64,000 nucleotides of DNA from Nemertoderma westbladi (lineage: Eukaryota > Animalia > Xenacoelomorpha), in NCBI GenBank assembly GCA_032718475.1, contig JAUCBJ010000005.1:2390-66389 (forward strand), read 5' to 3'. The translations under genes were made by a program, and so were the position numbers. Positions 52,429 to 64,000 of the stretch are shown here, one piece after another (the first letter of the stretch is position 1; each line of letters begins with the position of its first letter). The notes below the pieces were generated by a model. The model saw nothing but the letters and a program-made list of their open reading frames with translations. It was not told the origin of the DNA and made no database searches.

Positions 52429-53282
52429 GTAGGCCTACCAGTGTAGACAGAGTCACAATGATTGGAGCAGAAACAATTACAGGTAGGCCTACCAATGTAG
52501 ACAGAGACACAATGATTGGAGCAGAAACAATTACAGGTAGGCCTACCAGTGTAGACAGCGTCACAATGATGGGAGCAGAAACAATTACAGGAAGGCCTAC
52601 CAGTGTAGACAGCGTCACAATGATTGGAGCAGAAACAATTACAGGTAGGCCTACCAGTGTAGACAGAGATACAATGATTGGAGCAGAAACAATTACAGGT
52701 AGGCATACCAGTGTCGAGAGAGTCACAATGATTGGAGCAGAAACAATTACAGGTAGGCCTACCAGTGTAGACAGAGTCACAATGATTGGAGCAGAAACAA
52801 TTACAGGTAGGCCTACCAGTGTAGACAGAGACACAATGATTGGAGCAGAAACAATTACAGGTAGGCCTACCAGTGTAGACAGAGATACAATGATTGGAGC
52901 AGAAACAATTACAGGTAGGCCTACCAGTGTAGACAGAGTCACAATGATTGGAGCAGAAACAATTACAGGTAGGCCTACCAGTGTAGACAGAGACACAATG
53001 ATTGGAGCAGAAACAATTACAGGTAGGCCTACCAGTGTAGACAGAGATACAATGATTGGAGCAGAAACAATTACAGGTAGGCCTACCAGTGTAGACAGAG
53101 ACACAATGATTGGAGCAGAAACAATTACAGGTAGGCATACCAGTGTCGAGAGAGTCACAATGATTGGAGCAGAAACAATTACAGGTAGGCCTACCAGTGT
53201 AGACAGAGTCACAATGATTGGAGCAGAAACAATTACAGGTAGGCCTACCAGTGTAGACAGAGTCACAATGATTGGAGCAGAA
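52409..53282 (+). repeat. 54-bp tandem array (16 copies) made of the exon end plus splice donor
   Basis: Unit ttggagcagaaacaattacaggtaggcctaccagtgtagacagagtcacaatga; CAG positions 52426 to 53236. Confidence 0.96.
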
Positions 53283-53539
53283 TTGAGTAGACTCGGTAGG
53301 TATTATAAATGAATCGCGAAAAATCGTGGTCAAAAAATCCGAATATTCTACAAAGCTAGTGGTTCCTACTGATGGAATTGGAAGCATTCTTCACATCAAC
53401 AAATAACACACCCTATCCTTGGGTAGTGCAGTATGTTCAACCCACAGGTCTCTTAATAACAAGTATAGCCGACTCAATTCCAGCAGACAACCCATTACAC
53501 AGTTGGTTTACAAGATACCATCTCATTATATCTTATATA

Positions 53540-56500
53540 ACGAGAGAAAGCCGCCCCATTATGAGATTATTACAAAAACATATCCATTGGGTAAGAAAGT
53601 GGAGGAGAGCCAGCCCGTCTCTTAATTTTTTACTTTATATTACGCGATCAATTTTCACTCATCTCGTCATGAACCCAACATGTATGTAACCTTTTGTTAA
53701 ATTTGTTGGCTATGCGTTTGCGGTTGTTTGGGCGGAGTGTGTTAGGCCTACACTTTTCACACATAAATATTTTGGTTGTGAAATGTTACAGGGCATAGCT
53801 ATCTGAGATATTTCATTTATATTTTATTATGAGAGGAAGAAGAACATACAACGTTATTTACTATATATGTAACAAAATAATTGTTTTCGGGTTTAACTTG
53901 GAAGCCTCCCCAAATAGTTGATATACAATTATATTTAAAATTATTTCCATGGTCATGGTCATTCACCCGTCTTTAGTTAGAAATTTGTTTGCATGAAAGA
54001 CAGTTTAGTTTAGTTTTTACTGATTTATTATCTCTTATCTGACTGGGGTAATAATAAAGGATAGGATAAATGGAAGCAAAGTGTGACAGTAACAAATATT
54101 TCCCCGTCACCCTAGCATGTCTTCAGTATATGATATATCAAAGGGGGAAGTTTGGATTCACTGCATAAATGCAGTTCACCAAACTTCCCCCGAATGCACA
54201 CTGTAACTTCCCCCTTCCCACAAATATCCACTGTTGAATTAATTTGAAGCGTTATAATAAGTACAAAATTGTGCGAGTTTTTAATTGTGTGGTCCAATTG
54301 TTATTTGATTTCTATTTATTATTTCAAGTGCATTTAATATCACACTGGTTTTTAGAATATTATACTATACAACCTTATGTTTTATTAATTTACCCAATCG
54401 AAGCCTCATAAGGGCCGGTTATTTGTACGCATATCCCCTAATGCGCTCAGTAAGGTTCAAACAACATATTAATATGAAAATAAAGTATCTGCAAAGAAAA
54501 GAACCCAATACTATATAATTTGACCTTATTAAAAAATTTGCACTTTTGCACACTTATTTGTACAAATGCACTTTAGCAGATCGTAATGGTGGCTCTTATT
54601 TAACAAACTTATGTTTATCCTCTACCGATCTACGATGGTGTATGATCAAGTGTCAGTCGGTAAAAGTGTCAAAAATCCAATTTAATAAATCTGGATTTGC
54701 GATTTTGGACCATATTCATGGACATTTTAAGTCACTTTATAGACATAAAACGTTAAACAAACGATTATAGTTAGAAATCATTCCAAACTACATTTTAATC
54801 CAAAAAATAATATTCTACGATGAATAGAACTGGAAATAACAGTGTTTGAAATATCGAAAAAATGTTCACTATTTAAGTGCATTTTGCACTAAGTGCACAT
54901 AAGTCTTTTCCCAAGTTTTATCCTATTTCACACACTACAATCTATCCTCTATCCAATGAAAAAAGTTTCAGATTAAACGGCCCTGTAGAACCGAAGTTAT
55001 TTATGTTTAAAAATAGTCACTCGAAAATTTCAAATTCTCTTGGTCACATAGTCTAGTGGTTATCAATCACGTTAATGAAACCTAAGTTCGCGGGTTCGAA
55101 ATCCAATATTGACCTGACCATTCTTAATTTTTTTGCAAAAAAAATTATTTTTATTTTTTCACTAAAATCGCTCTAACTTCGGTTCTGGTGGTCCAAATTC
55201 AATAAAATTGGTATATTCTTTGCCGTAATTTTTTTCTTAATCTTTTGAGAAGGGGTTATTTTTGGCCCCAAAAAAATTAAAAAAAAGGGCCAAAATAACG
55301 CGATATTTTTCGACCCTTAAAATTCGTAATTTTAAATATATATGTTAAGATAAAAGATAGCGGAGTTAATTTGATACTTTTTACAGGTACTTTTGGCGCA
55401 ATACGCTAAATTATAATGGAATAGCGATTTGTTAAAAAAAAAAATTTTTCGTCCCTTTTTATAAATATTATATTTCACACGATCGCCTGCCGCTCCAGTT
55501 TTATAATACCTCCGGCGCTGTGATTAACGCTGTTAGATAGATAATTTAACGCACTATAAGTCTGTGTAAACAAATTTCCCGTAAGTTAAGTAGTTTTCGA
55601 GCTAGACGATTTCCCGCGAAGCAAGTTTGAAGCGCGAAATTATAATTTTGGCCCTCATTTTTTTAATATCATCCTTGGAGCAAAACCGATAGCATATTTG
55701 AATTCCCCGTATGGATATTGACTGTATAGAATGTACCTTAACCAACTAAAGTTAAAAATAAAAAATTATTCGATAAAAACTACTTTACAAATTCTGGCCC
55801 TTTTTGGCCCCTATTGCCGACATATTTTTTGTACCCCCATTCGATAGGAACGTAGCCCCAATGGTCTTCTACGAGTTTCATAAAAGAATTAGTAGATTCC
55901 TACCCGCGTTGTCGAATTAAACATTTCGGAAATAAGTTTTCCAAAAAAGACGGACAAAACGTACAAATTTACAGCCCCTTTTTCCACCCGAAATTTTAAT
56001 AAATATCTTACCCCCATTCGATACGAAGGTAGTACCACTCTTCCCCTTTCCAACCGCGTTACTTTCGTCCCCGTACGATTAATATTAGCCGAGTTATAGC
56101 GGATCCCGCAAAGTCATTTTGTCCGTTTTTTCAACTTTGACGGACATTTTCGGAAAAAAGGCGTGGTAATCTTTTTTGAAAAAAAAAAACGAATTCACTA
56201 ATTAATCCCTTCTATCGTATCCCGGCGTCGGCTAAGCAATAACCTAGGGTTTTTTCGAGCCACTGTAGAGCGCCTTTCAAAAAAATTTTAAAATTATCGA
56301 AAAAATGACGGATTTTTGTCCGCCGTGTCCGTCGAAGGGTTAGATTTAATAATGTTAGAGTTGCTAATATCTTAGAATTCCGAGCCGCTCCCCTGGTGAG
56401 AAAATAAAAAAATTTGGTCAGTTCCTTCATCGAAAAGTCCCCCAGAATCCGAAGTTAACCTATATAGTTAGCGATGGCCTGCGGCTTTAGGAGCGGCCGC

Positions 56501-56567
56501 GGTATTCACCTCCCTCATAGCGGCCGCGGCGGTGTTGCGTCAAATGGAGAAATATTTATCCCACCCA
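53540..56567. mobile_element. ~3 kb non-coding dispersed repeat within the intron of the SNARE gene
   Basis: Direct repeat of 1143-3375. Has a tRNA-like segment (~55040-55105) and a GC-rich end with two AGCGGCCGCGG motifs. Superfamily unresolved; left boundary may extend to ~53290. Confidence 0.8.
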
Positions 56568-56848
56568 GGGCCATTTTTATATACTGGTACCGGAACTGAA
56601 TTAAGATAAAGCGTATTGTATATACATAGCTACTCTATATGTATATAACTGTAAACTATAATATCAACACTAAAAAATACTATAAAAAAAATAAAATCAA
56701 AAGAAAAGAAAAATATTGTCCAGATGAGAGCCGCATCGTAACTTATTGTCACAAATCAAATCAACATTTATTAATAGTAAAAAAAATGTATTAATTAATC
56801 TATTATAAATGATTTATAATCTGACTTAGTAATATATCAATTACGCAG

Positions 56849-57148
56849 CAACGAAAAAACGAACAAGCCCAGATACAAGAAATGGAGACACAAGTAGGGT
56901 TACTACACGATGTTATAGATAAAGTAAACAAATCGGTGGAAGGTGAACAAGGAGAGCTTGTCAGTTCTATAGAGGGTTATATTGAGAAGATTGATATGCG
57001 ATTTAAAAAGGGAAATAAAGATCTGCAGAAGGAAATAAGGTACAGGATTCCATGTAAAGAGGGAAGTACTCTCTGGTTGGGTTTAATTGCTATAATAGTG
57101 ATACTAGTCGTAATAATTGTGGTTCTGGTAGTATATTATGAAACCTAA
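56849..57148 (+). CDS. Exon 2: Qa-type t-SNARE motif plus C-terminal TM (syntaxin-7/12-like)
   Basis: Branch-like CTGAC at 56821 and acceptor ttacgcag. QIQEMETQVGLLHDVIDKVNKSVEGEQGELVSSIEGYIEKIDMRFKKGNKDLQKE follows the EQGExIDSIE..GNxxLxKA syntaxin pattern. TM LWLGLIAIIVILVVIIVVLVVYY. Confidence 0.78.
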   Translation, partial: QRKNEQAQIQEMETQVGLLHDVIDKVNKSVEGEQGELVSSIEGYIEKIDMRFKKGNKDLQKEIRYRIPCKEGSTLWLGLIAIIVILVVIIVVLVVYYET

Positions 57149-57479
57149 GTAGTATAAATGAAAACTAATAAATTAAATAAAAATAACAATAATTTCAAAG
57201 TCGGCGTGAAATACGTCGTGGAGCGTGAAATATGTTGTGGGGCGTGAAATACGTAATGGTGCGTTAAATATGTCGTGGAGTGTGAAATATGCCGTGGTGC
57301 ATCAAGGTTGAAATGAAAGAAAGATAATGCTATTATTGGAAAATAGGCCACCACAATATCAAATCATCAATGTCATCTGCAAGATCGCACCATCCAAAGA
57401 TTTTTAGGTTTTAAAATTTGATGCCCAGGCCTGCCCCCCCCCCCCCCCCCCCCCCCCCCTCTTACGTAATCCATCTAAT

Positions 57480-59150
57480 TCAATAATCCGAGAGCCCAGA
57501 AATATGAAAGAAGGATAGTGAAGCAATAAAATTCCACAGAGCTAACAATTCGATATTATTATTTCGATACCGTCGATATTTCGAAAATTGTAGCTCCAGT
57601 TTCTAATTTCCGTACACACATTGAGCTCATCAAACCCCAATGTACCTCATTGTCGACAATAAAAAACGTAAACTCGAAAACGTTTGCTTGGAATAAAACC
57701 GGGCTTTCCGGTACGCTGCCAAGTTTACAACTAACTATTCCCCTAACACCTTCAGAAATTATAGGCTCTGGAGAATGTTTACATGGTAGCTGTACTGTAT
57801 GTGGACAGGTTGGTGTTTAAATCCGTTGACTTTACATTCACATAAAAGTCTTGTACTTTACTCCCAAAATATTCAAATCACTTTGATGTAATTTGTAGTT
57901 GCGTAAATATCAGGCAGTCTGTCTCTCGGTACCGGTAGTTTCAGACTTTTGATAAAAACCGAAATAAGTCTGTCAATCAAAGATGAAATTAAACTAAACT
58001 TGGTCAGTTTTCAGTCTCGTGCTGCGCGAAGGTACCACGAACGTGAACACATTCTGTGTACGATTGGTTGGAACCCACCAGGTAATACTATTCTGATTCC
58101 CCAAAGTTCAGTCAGGATGTCCAATACGACCCATTTTATCTGCCATTGAAACTACACCTTATAACTGTGGCCAAATTACTGGTTACCAAACGAAATATTC
58201 TAGGTTGTTAGGGAAATTACTGATATTCGTAATTCACAGAATATGTACAAGGTTTGTTATGGATGTGACATATTTGTTTACTTTATATTTGCTGCATTTA
58301 GATTAAATTATCTCTATCATTTTATCTAAACTATTCGCGGACTCTGACTTTTCTAAAATAATCTGTCAAAGACGTATGTAGAGTAGCTATGGGTAGTCCT
58401 ATGGGGCCACTTTTTGCTAATTCGTTTTTGTGTCACCATCAAGTGGTTTGGATGATACATTGTCCTTTGGGATATTTTCTAATTATATACAGACGGGTTT
58501 GTCGATGAATGTTTTGCACAGTTTAATAGCCGATATGTTAAGCTACTGAGTTTCTAGGATACATTATTAACTCGAAACACTGCTCTATAGAGTTCACTGC
58601 TGAATATGAAGTAGATGAAGATAAAACTATATATTTTCATGATGTTTCTATTGCGCGGGATACAGAGTACTTAGACATTGGTGTACCATAAGCCTACTCT
58701 CACTGGTCTATACAGTAGATATGACGCATATGCCCCACTCAGATTTAAGGTTGCACTATTTTCTACTCTTGTCTACAGGACCTCCATGATCCTGTTGTAC
58801 TTGGACTGGTTTCTATGCTAATATAAACTCTTTACATACTACTCTACGCAAAAATGGTTACCCTCAGGATCTATTAACCTGGTTCACTGACAAACTAATT
58901 ATTAAGCTGTCCGGACCCCAAAACCCTAGATCGCAGTCAGTCCATAGGATGCCAGTCTACATAGACTTGCCATTTCTTGGCCCAGCCTCTGTCCTTTTAC
59001 AGGACGTAGCATTTAAAATGACTTAATCCGAGCTTTCCCTCAATGCAAATTCAACTTTATTTTCAAACCCACCTGCAGACTCTCAAATTTGTCAGTTTCA
59101 AAGATCATCCCCCAGTTTGTTTACGCCTGATTCTAGGGTATAAATTTACG
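57480..59150 (+). mobile_element. Decayed Penelope-like retroelement (RT)
   Basis: Read by hand: VAMGSPMGPLFANSFLCHH (~58383), YRR/FVD, VYHKPTLTGLYSRYDAYAPLRFKVALFSTLVYR (~58682), LRKNGYP; many stops and frameshifts. Confidence 0.8.
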
Positions 59151-60102
59151 AATATTACAATGTAGGATGTGAGAAGATGGGAAGGTGGTTAGAATTGTGG
59201 GACGATGGGAATGTGGAAGGTGGTAAGATGGGAATGTGGATTGAATTGTGGGACGATGGGAATGTGGGGAGGTGGGAATACGGGAATCAATAATTTAATA
59301 ATTAATTTATTATTGCCAAACAAATATTTATTACTGCAGTAATACAAAAAATACTTTTGTTACATTATGTCAACTTAACAGCGTTCTGGTGAATTACTCG
59401 TAACGCTGCAAAGTACTACTTTGTAGCGTTGCGGCCTATAGGACGGAACGCTGCAAAGTAATCAACGACATGGAAACAACTTCAATTACCGTATTCCAGA
59501 ATGTATTATTTCCATTTATATTAATGCGTGCTTCTTTATTCAAATGCAGCACGTGTTTGCATTTGACGTAACGGGACTATGTAAATATTTGTTTAACGCG
59601 TAAGACTGTATTCCATATGTCTAAATGTCCTATAGAATACATTTTAGAGAAAATTAGCAAAGAAAATATGACGACAGTTTCGGTAATACTCAACGGACAC
59701 AGACGGTGACTCAGTTTGATTCAGTCGACGATGGATCAAATATTTATCACATCCATGCAAGAGATAACAACAATAAACTTTAATTAGATATAAATGTATA
59801 ATTAATACTGTGTACATGTTAATAAATTTCACTTATATTCGAAATAGTACATGATTACAATGTTTAAAAGAGTATCCATAAAATCCTTTCTTCACATACC
59901 GAACGCTGATAAGTTGACATAATGTAACAAAATTACATACATCATTGCTTGCAAAGGTCACTTTTCAGCGTTAAAGACCCTTGTTTATTTATGTAAACCT
60001 CCCTCGCTGCGCTCGCTCGGTACATAAATAAACTCGGGTCATAACGCTGCAAAGTGCTACTTTGCACACAATGATGTAAATAGTTATTTTGTTTTACTAA
60101 TA

Positions 60103-60974
60103 CACCATGACCCGTAATATAGTGTCATTTTCTGATGACACGGACCCCCCCCCCCCCCCCCCACCCCCAATTTTTCTACAAATCTTTATCATATTGTTTG
60201 AAATTTGAAACACCACTAGTTCAACTCACCGTGGTTGTTACCATGAAGCCGGAATTTTCGATTTCGCCTTTAAATTTTTTTATAAGCGTTTTAAAAAAGT
60301 GTCTTTTGCGAAATCGCACCCTCTGTATCATTGCCATTCTTCACTTTAGTCGTAATTTTTTCACATCAATAGAAAGCTTGCGTTGCAAGGATTCCAAATA
60401 TGTAACAATATCTGAATTTCGTTGAGAAACAGCTGAGAAATAGGCGTTCAAAGATTGCAAGAATTATTGTTCGCTGCAAGCCATTTATTCTATTTAATAA
60501 ATACACAAAATTCTAGAACGTGTTATTTATTTTATGAGTTGGTAGGCAACAGCGGTATGCCTATACAATATCTATACTGCGTAGCTAATCATACATAAAC
60601 AAATTGTTCCAGAATATTGTGTATTTATTAAATAGAATAAATGGCCTGCAGTGACAATATTCTTGCAATCTGCAACTGGTCTCTCAACGAATGTCAGATA
60701 TTGCTACATATTTGGAATCCTTGCAAGCGCAAGCTTTCTATTGATGTAAACATTACGAACTCAAAGTGAAGACATGGCAATGATACCGTAGGGTGCGAGT
60801 TCGCAAGACACTTTTTTACAACTGTAATAAAATTTAAAGCGAAATCGAAAATTCCGGTCATGGTAACAACTACTGAGTGAATAGTTGTGTTCCAATTTCA
60901 GACAATATGATAATGATCTGTAGAAAAATTGGGTCCGTGTCACGGAAAATGACCTGTATTTCGGGTCATTTGTG
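60103..60974. mobile_element. Palindromic MITE (CACCATG family)
   Basis: Left arm matches 35961-36450; right arm is a degenerate reverse complement. Confidence 0.8.
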
Positions 60975-62292
60975 GGGCGAGCCACGAAGTTGGCGGAGCC
61001 TTAGCGAATTGACACTGTTAGGGGGTGGGTCAATTTATGCAAATAGTTGTCGTCGTCGTCGTGTCGTCGTCGTCGTCGTCGTCGTTGTCGTCGTCGTCGT
61101 CGTCGTCGTTGTCGTCGTTACGATTTTGACATGCTAATAACTTTGTCGGATTTAAAGCTGCCAAGTTGAAAATTTGTAGGTATCAATATGAGCAAAAGTT
61201 GAGATTTTTGAGAGACTTTCAGACACCATCAGTGCAATGGTCTCCCGCTAGAGGGCCACATGTCTAAACATTAAATGCCCTCCCATTTCTTTGCTTTTAA
61301 TCCGTTTAAGCTGAAACTTGGCAGATATGTATTAGACCATTAGCTGTGACTTTCAAAGGAGGCGAATCCATCTGCAGTTCTCCAGTCTGCCGCTAGAGGG
61401 CCAAAGGTCTGAAAGTGAAATCGTTGTCGTCGTTACGATTTTGACATGCTAATAACTTTGTCGGATTTAAAGCTGCCAAGTTGAAAATTTGTAGGTATCA
61501 ATATGAGCTAAAGTTGAGATTTTTGAGAGACTTTCAGACACCATCAGTGCAATGGTCTCCCGCTAGAGGGCCACATGTCTAAACATTAAATGCCCTCCCA
61601 TTTCTTTGCTTTTAATCCGTTTAAGCTGAAACTTGGCAGATATGTATTAGACCATTAGCTGTGACTTTCAAAGGAGGCGAATCCATCTGCAGTTCTCCAG
61701 TCTGCCGCTAGAGGGCCAAATGTCTGAAAGTGAAATCGTTGTCGTCGTTATGATATTGACATGCTTATAACTTTGTCGAATTTAAAGCTGCCAAGTTGAA
61801 AATTTGTTTTGTTGAAAATCAGTTCAACAGTCACCCGCTATAGGACTACTTTATGCCTGAAAGTGAATAGATTCTCCCGTCTCATTGATTTTAATCAGTT
61901 TAAGCTGAATCTTGCCATATATTCTGGACCACATGCTGCGTCTTTGTGGGGGGGGGGGGGGGGGGGGGGGGAGATTTAATCGGTCTGCCGCTATACGACG
62001 AAATTTCTGAAAGTGAGATCCGTCTCTCATTTCGTTATCCGTTATTCAAGATGAAACTTGGCCGATGTACGTATGTACTATTCATCCATAGGCTGTGTCT
62101 TTGTGGGGCTGGAGACCCTAATCCATCTTCAGTTCTCACTATACCGCTAGAGTCAGAAATGTCTGAATAGAAATGAAAGAGGTAAAAAGTGATTAGGCGA
62201 AATCTGCTTAAAATTTGCTAATACAGTAATACTTTCGAATTAGTACTTAAATTAAATTTAAGTCACGTGCTGCGCGAAGGCCCCACTTCGTG
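60972..62292 (+). mobile_element. HINE/DINE-like non-autonomous element with (GTC)n and a 315-bp internal tandem repeat
   Basis: gtggggc..cacgaagt start versus gccccacttcgtg end; (GTC)n at 61049-61118; repeat starts 61121, 61436, 61751. The end motif cgtgctgcgcgaag recurs at ~748 and ~58018. Confidence 0.65.
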
Positions 62293-62584
62293 TAATTATG
62301 TACATACTACGATCGACTTCCATTAGAAACGGTATTGATGAAATATAATTTAGGTTCTAGAACAAAAATTTTTTTAAATTTTAATGTAAATAAACTGTAA
62401 AATTTTTCTAGAACTTAGAACTTTAATAAGTAGAAATTAATATTTAATGATCGATTTATTAAGTAGCAGACGTAATATTAGAGTACCGGTATACGTAGAA
62501 ATCACATGTCAGCTATTTATATAAGGCCATGTAAATACAAACTGGCTTTAATTATTGTTGCGAAATAAAGAAAAATTACTCGCA

Positions 62585-62758
62585 ATGGACACAAGAGAGG
62601 AATTAAATAGTTCACCCATCGAATCCACGATTTCAACATCTATCCAAGACACGAAAACAACAGTTAAACCCAAAACAAAGAAATCCATTAGTAGGCCTAC
62701 AGCTAAAACCGCCACTGCTTTAGTATGCATACCAGTTTTTACAATCTTTTGTCAATGA
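62585..62758 (+). pseudogene. Partial paralog of the 52090 exon (truncated copy, or first exon of a third family member)
   Basis: 46 nt identical to about 52144-52189 (QDTKTTVKPKTKKSI), with the same tcgcaATGGAC start and a similar leader, followed directly by gtaggcctac. Confidence 0.6.
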
Positions 62759-63374
62759 TAATGGCTGTTTTCATAAGGTTTTTTGTACTAGAACAAAAAT
62801 TTGTCCATTTTACAGTCAGATATGATAGCTAGTAATTTTGATTTTGTGCTTGCTAGTACTTTTTAGAAGCTAGTAATTATTTACTAGCTAGATGTCTGTC
62901 AAAATGAGGATTTTTTGGGAAACGTTCCGAGCTTTCTTAATATATTACGATGGCTCAGCTAGTGATTTTGATTTTTAAAAGAAAAACAATCTTACAATTA
63001 TTTAATACTAGTTAGTCTTAGTTGATTAAAAGGAGGGGTTTTTTATTAAAATTTTTGGACAAGGTAGCTATCCAAAATTATCGAAATACCGCTTCCAGTT
63101 ATTCGTCAACCTTATAGTGATTTGTTGGTACTAATGGAAAGCTGACGAGGCAAGGATTCCAAAAATGAAAAAACATTAGAATTTTGTTGGGAAATAGCTG
63201 AGATATGGGCATTTGAAAGTTGCATGTATTTGCTTCCTATGCAGGCCAACTTTTCTATTTAATAAATACACAATATTCTGGAACATTTTGTTTAACAAGT
63301 ACGTAGCTGGGCAACAATGCAATACCTCTTTAAAAATACTATTACGTGGCTATTCATACATAAACATATTTATA

Positions 63375-63662
63375 AAAGAAGTATGTGAAGACAGGCGCAT
63401 GGCCTTCACACCACTAGTAGGTACCACCGACGGAGTGTGGTGCGCAGAAGCCAAGATCATCATCCGACACCTGGCTGAACCCCTCGTGGCTAGACGGGAA
63501 TCAATGAGGAACCGATTCGCCTGCATCCTGGGTAGAGTACGTCGGAGACTGGAATTTGCCCTCCTGCGATCAAGCTCCCTCTGTCTTCGAGGTGGACGGC
63601 GTTCCTGGCGCGGACTCGGATTCGGGGACGGCTCCGGATTGAGGGGAACCACGCCGATATGA
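63375..63662 (+). mobile_element. CRE-like non-LTR retrotransposon 3' end
   Basis: FTPLVGTTDG..EAKIIIRHLAE..RRRLEFALLRSSSLCLRGGR..WRGLGFGDGSGL. Confidence 0.72.
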
Positions 63663-64000
63663 AGACCCAACCGACTGCGGGATTCGGTCAGGACTGGGCC
63701 GGCGACGAGTGGGCGGCTACGACACCTTCGGCCGCAGTTGCGCCCACTGCCACTCCCGCCACAGGGCAGACTGCACCCTCGGCTGGAGGCGCCAGTGATT
63801 GGGGCGGGGCCAACAAGGCGTGGCGATTGGTGGAACGAACGGGGAACGGCGGTGGAGAAACTGTTGAGTGGAACTTTGGTGAAATGTTATTGTCTGGCGT
63901 CCTTACTAATTAATTATTGTGCTAATGGATTTAGTTTCATTATACTATATTATATTAAGGTTCTTATGAGACTTATATAATAAATTAAATGGAATTGTTT

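Noticed and set aside
52077-53387. Cys-rich 436-aa ORF (CNCFCSNHC repeats, metallothionein-like) and other frames of the array
   Set aside because: Antisense or alternate-frame readings of the donor-containing repeat; the unique flank has a better plus-strand interpretation.

Overview
AT-rich, repeat-dense animal (probably invertebrate) genomic DNA; the species cannot be assigned from the sequence. The main gene is a class V myosin on the minus strand. Seven GT-AG exons between 40168 and 7828 splice in frame to 1400 aa: the second half of the motor, six IQ motifs, coiled coil and the DIL/globular tail. The N-terminal motor exons were not found, so they probably lie beyond 64 kb. Its introns hold satellites (18, 15 and ~60 bp units), non-LTR fragments (CRE-like, RTE-like, Jockey-group, Penelope-like), a Sola1 transposon, a hAT foldback element, MITEs, SINEs and a HINE-like element. 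A 54-bp satellite lies just downstream of the stop. Several genes sit antisense to the myosin. One is an intronless, divergent PP2A B56 subunit. Two more look like complementary halves of a syntaxin-7/12. The first (42876-44363) keeps Habc + TM but has an IKPE repeat array and a LIR-like motif where the SNARE motif should be. The second is a two-exon gene not visible in the ORF track (52090-52428 + 56849-57148) that keeps the Qa-SNARE + TM but lacks Habc, and its splice donor is amplified 16 times. A partial paralog of that first exon lies at 62.6 kb. All family assignments come from motif recognition and by-eye alignment, not database searches.
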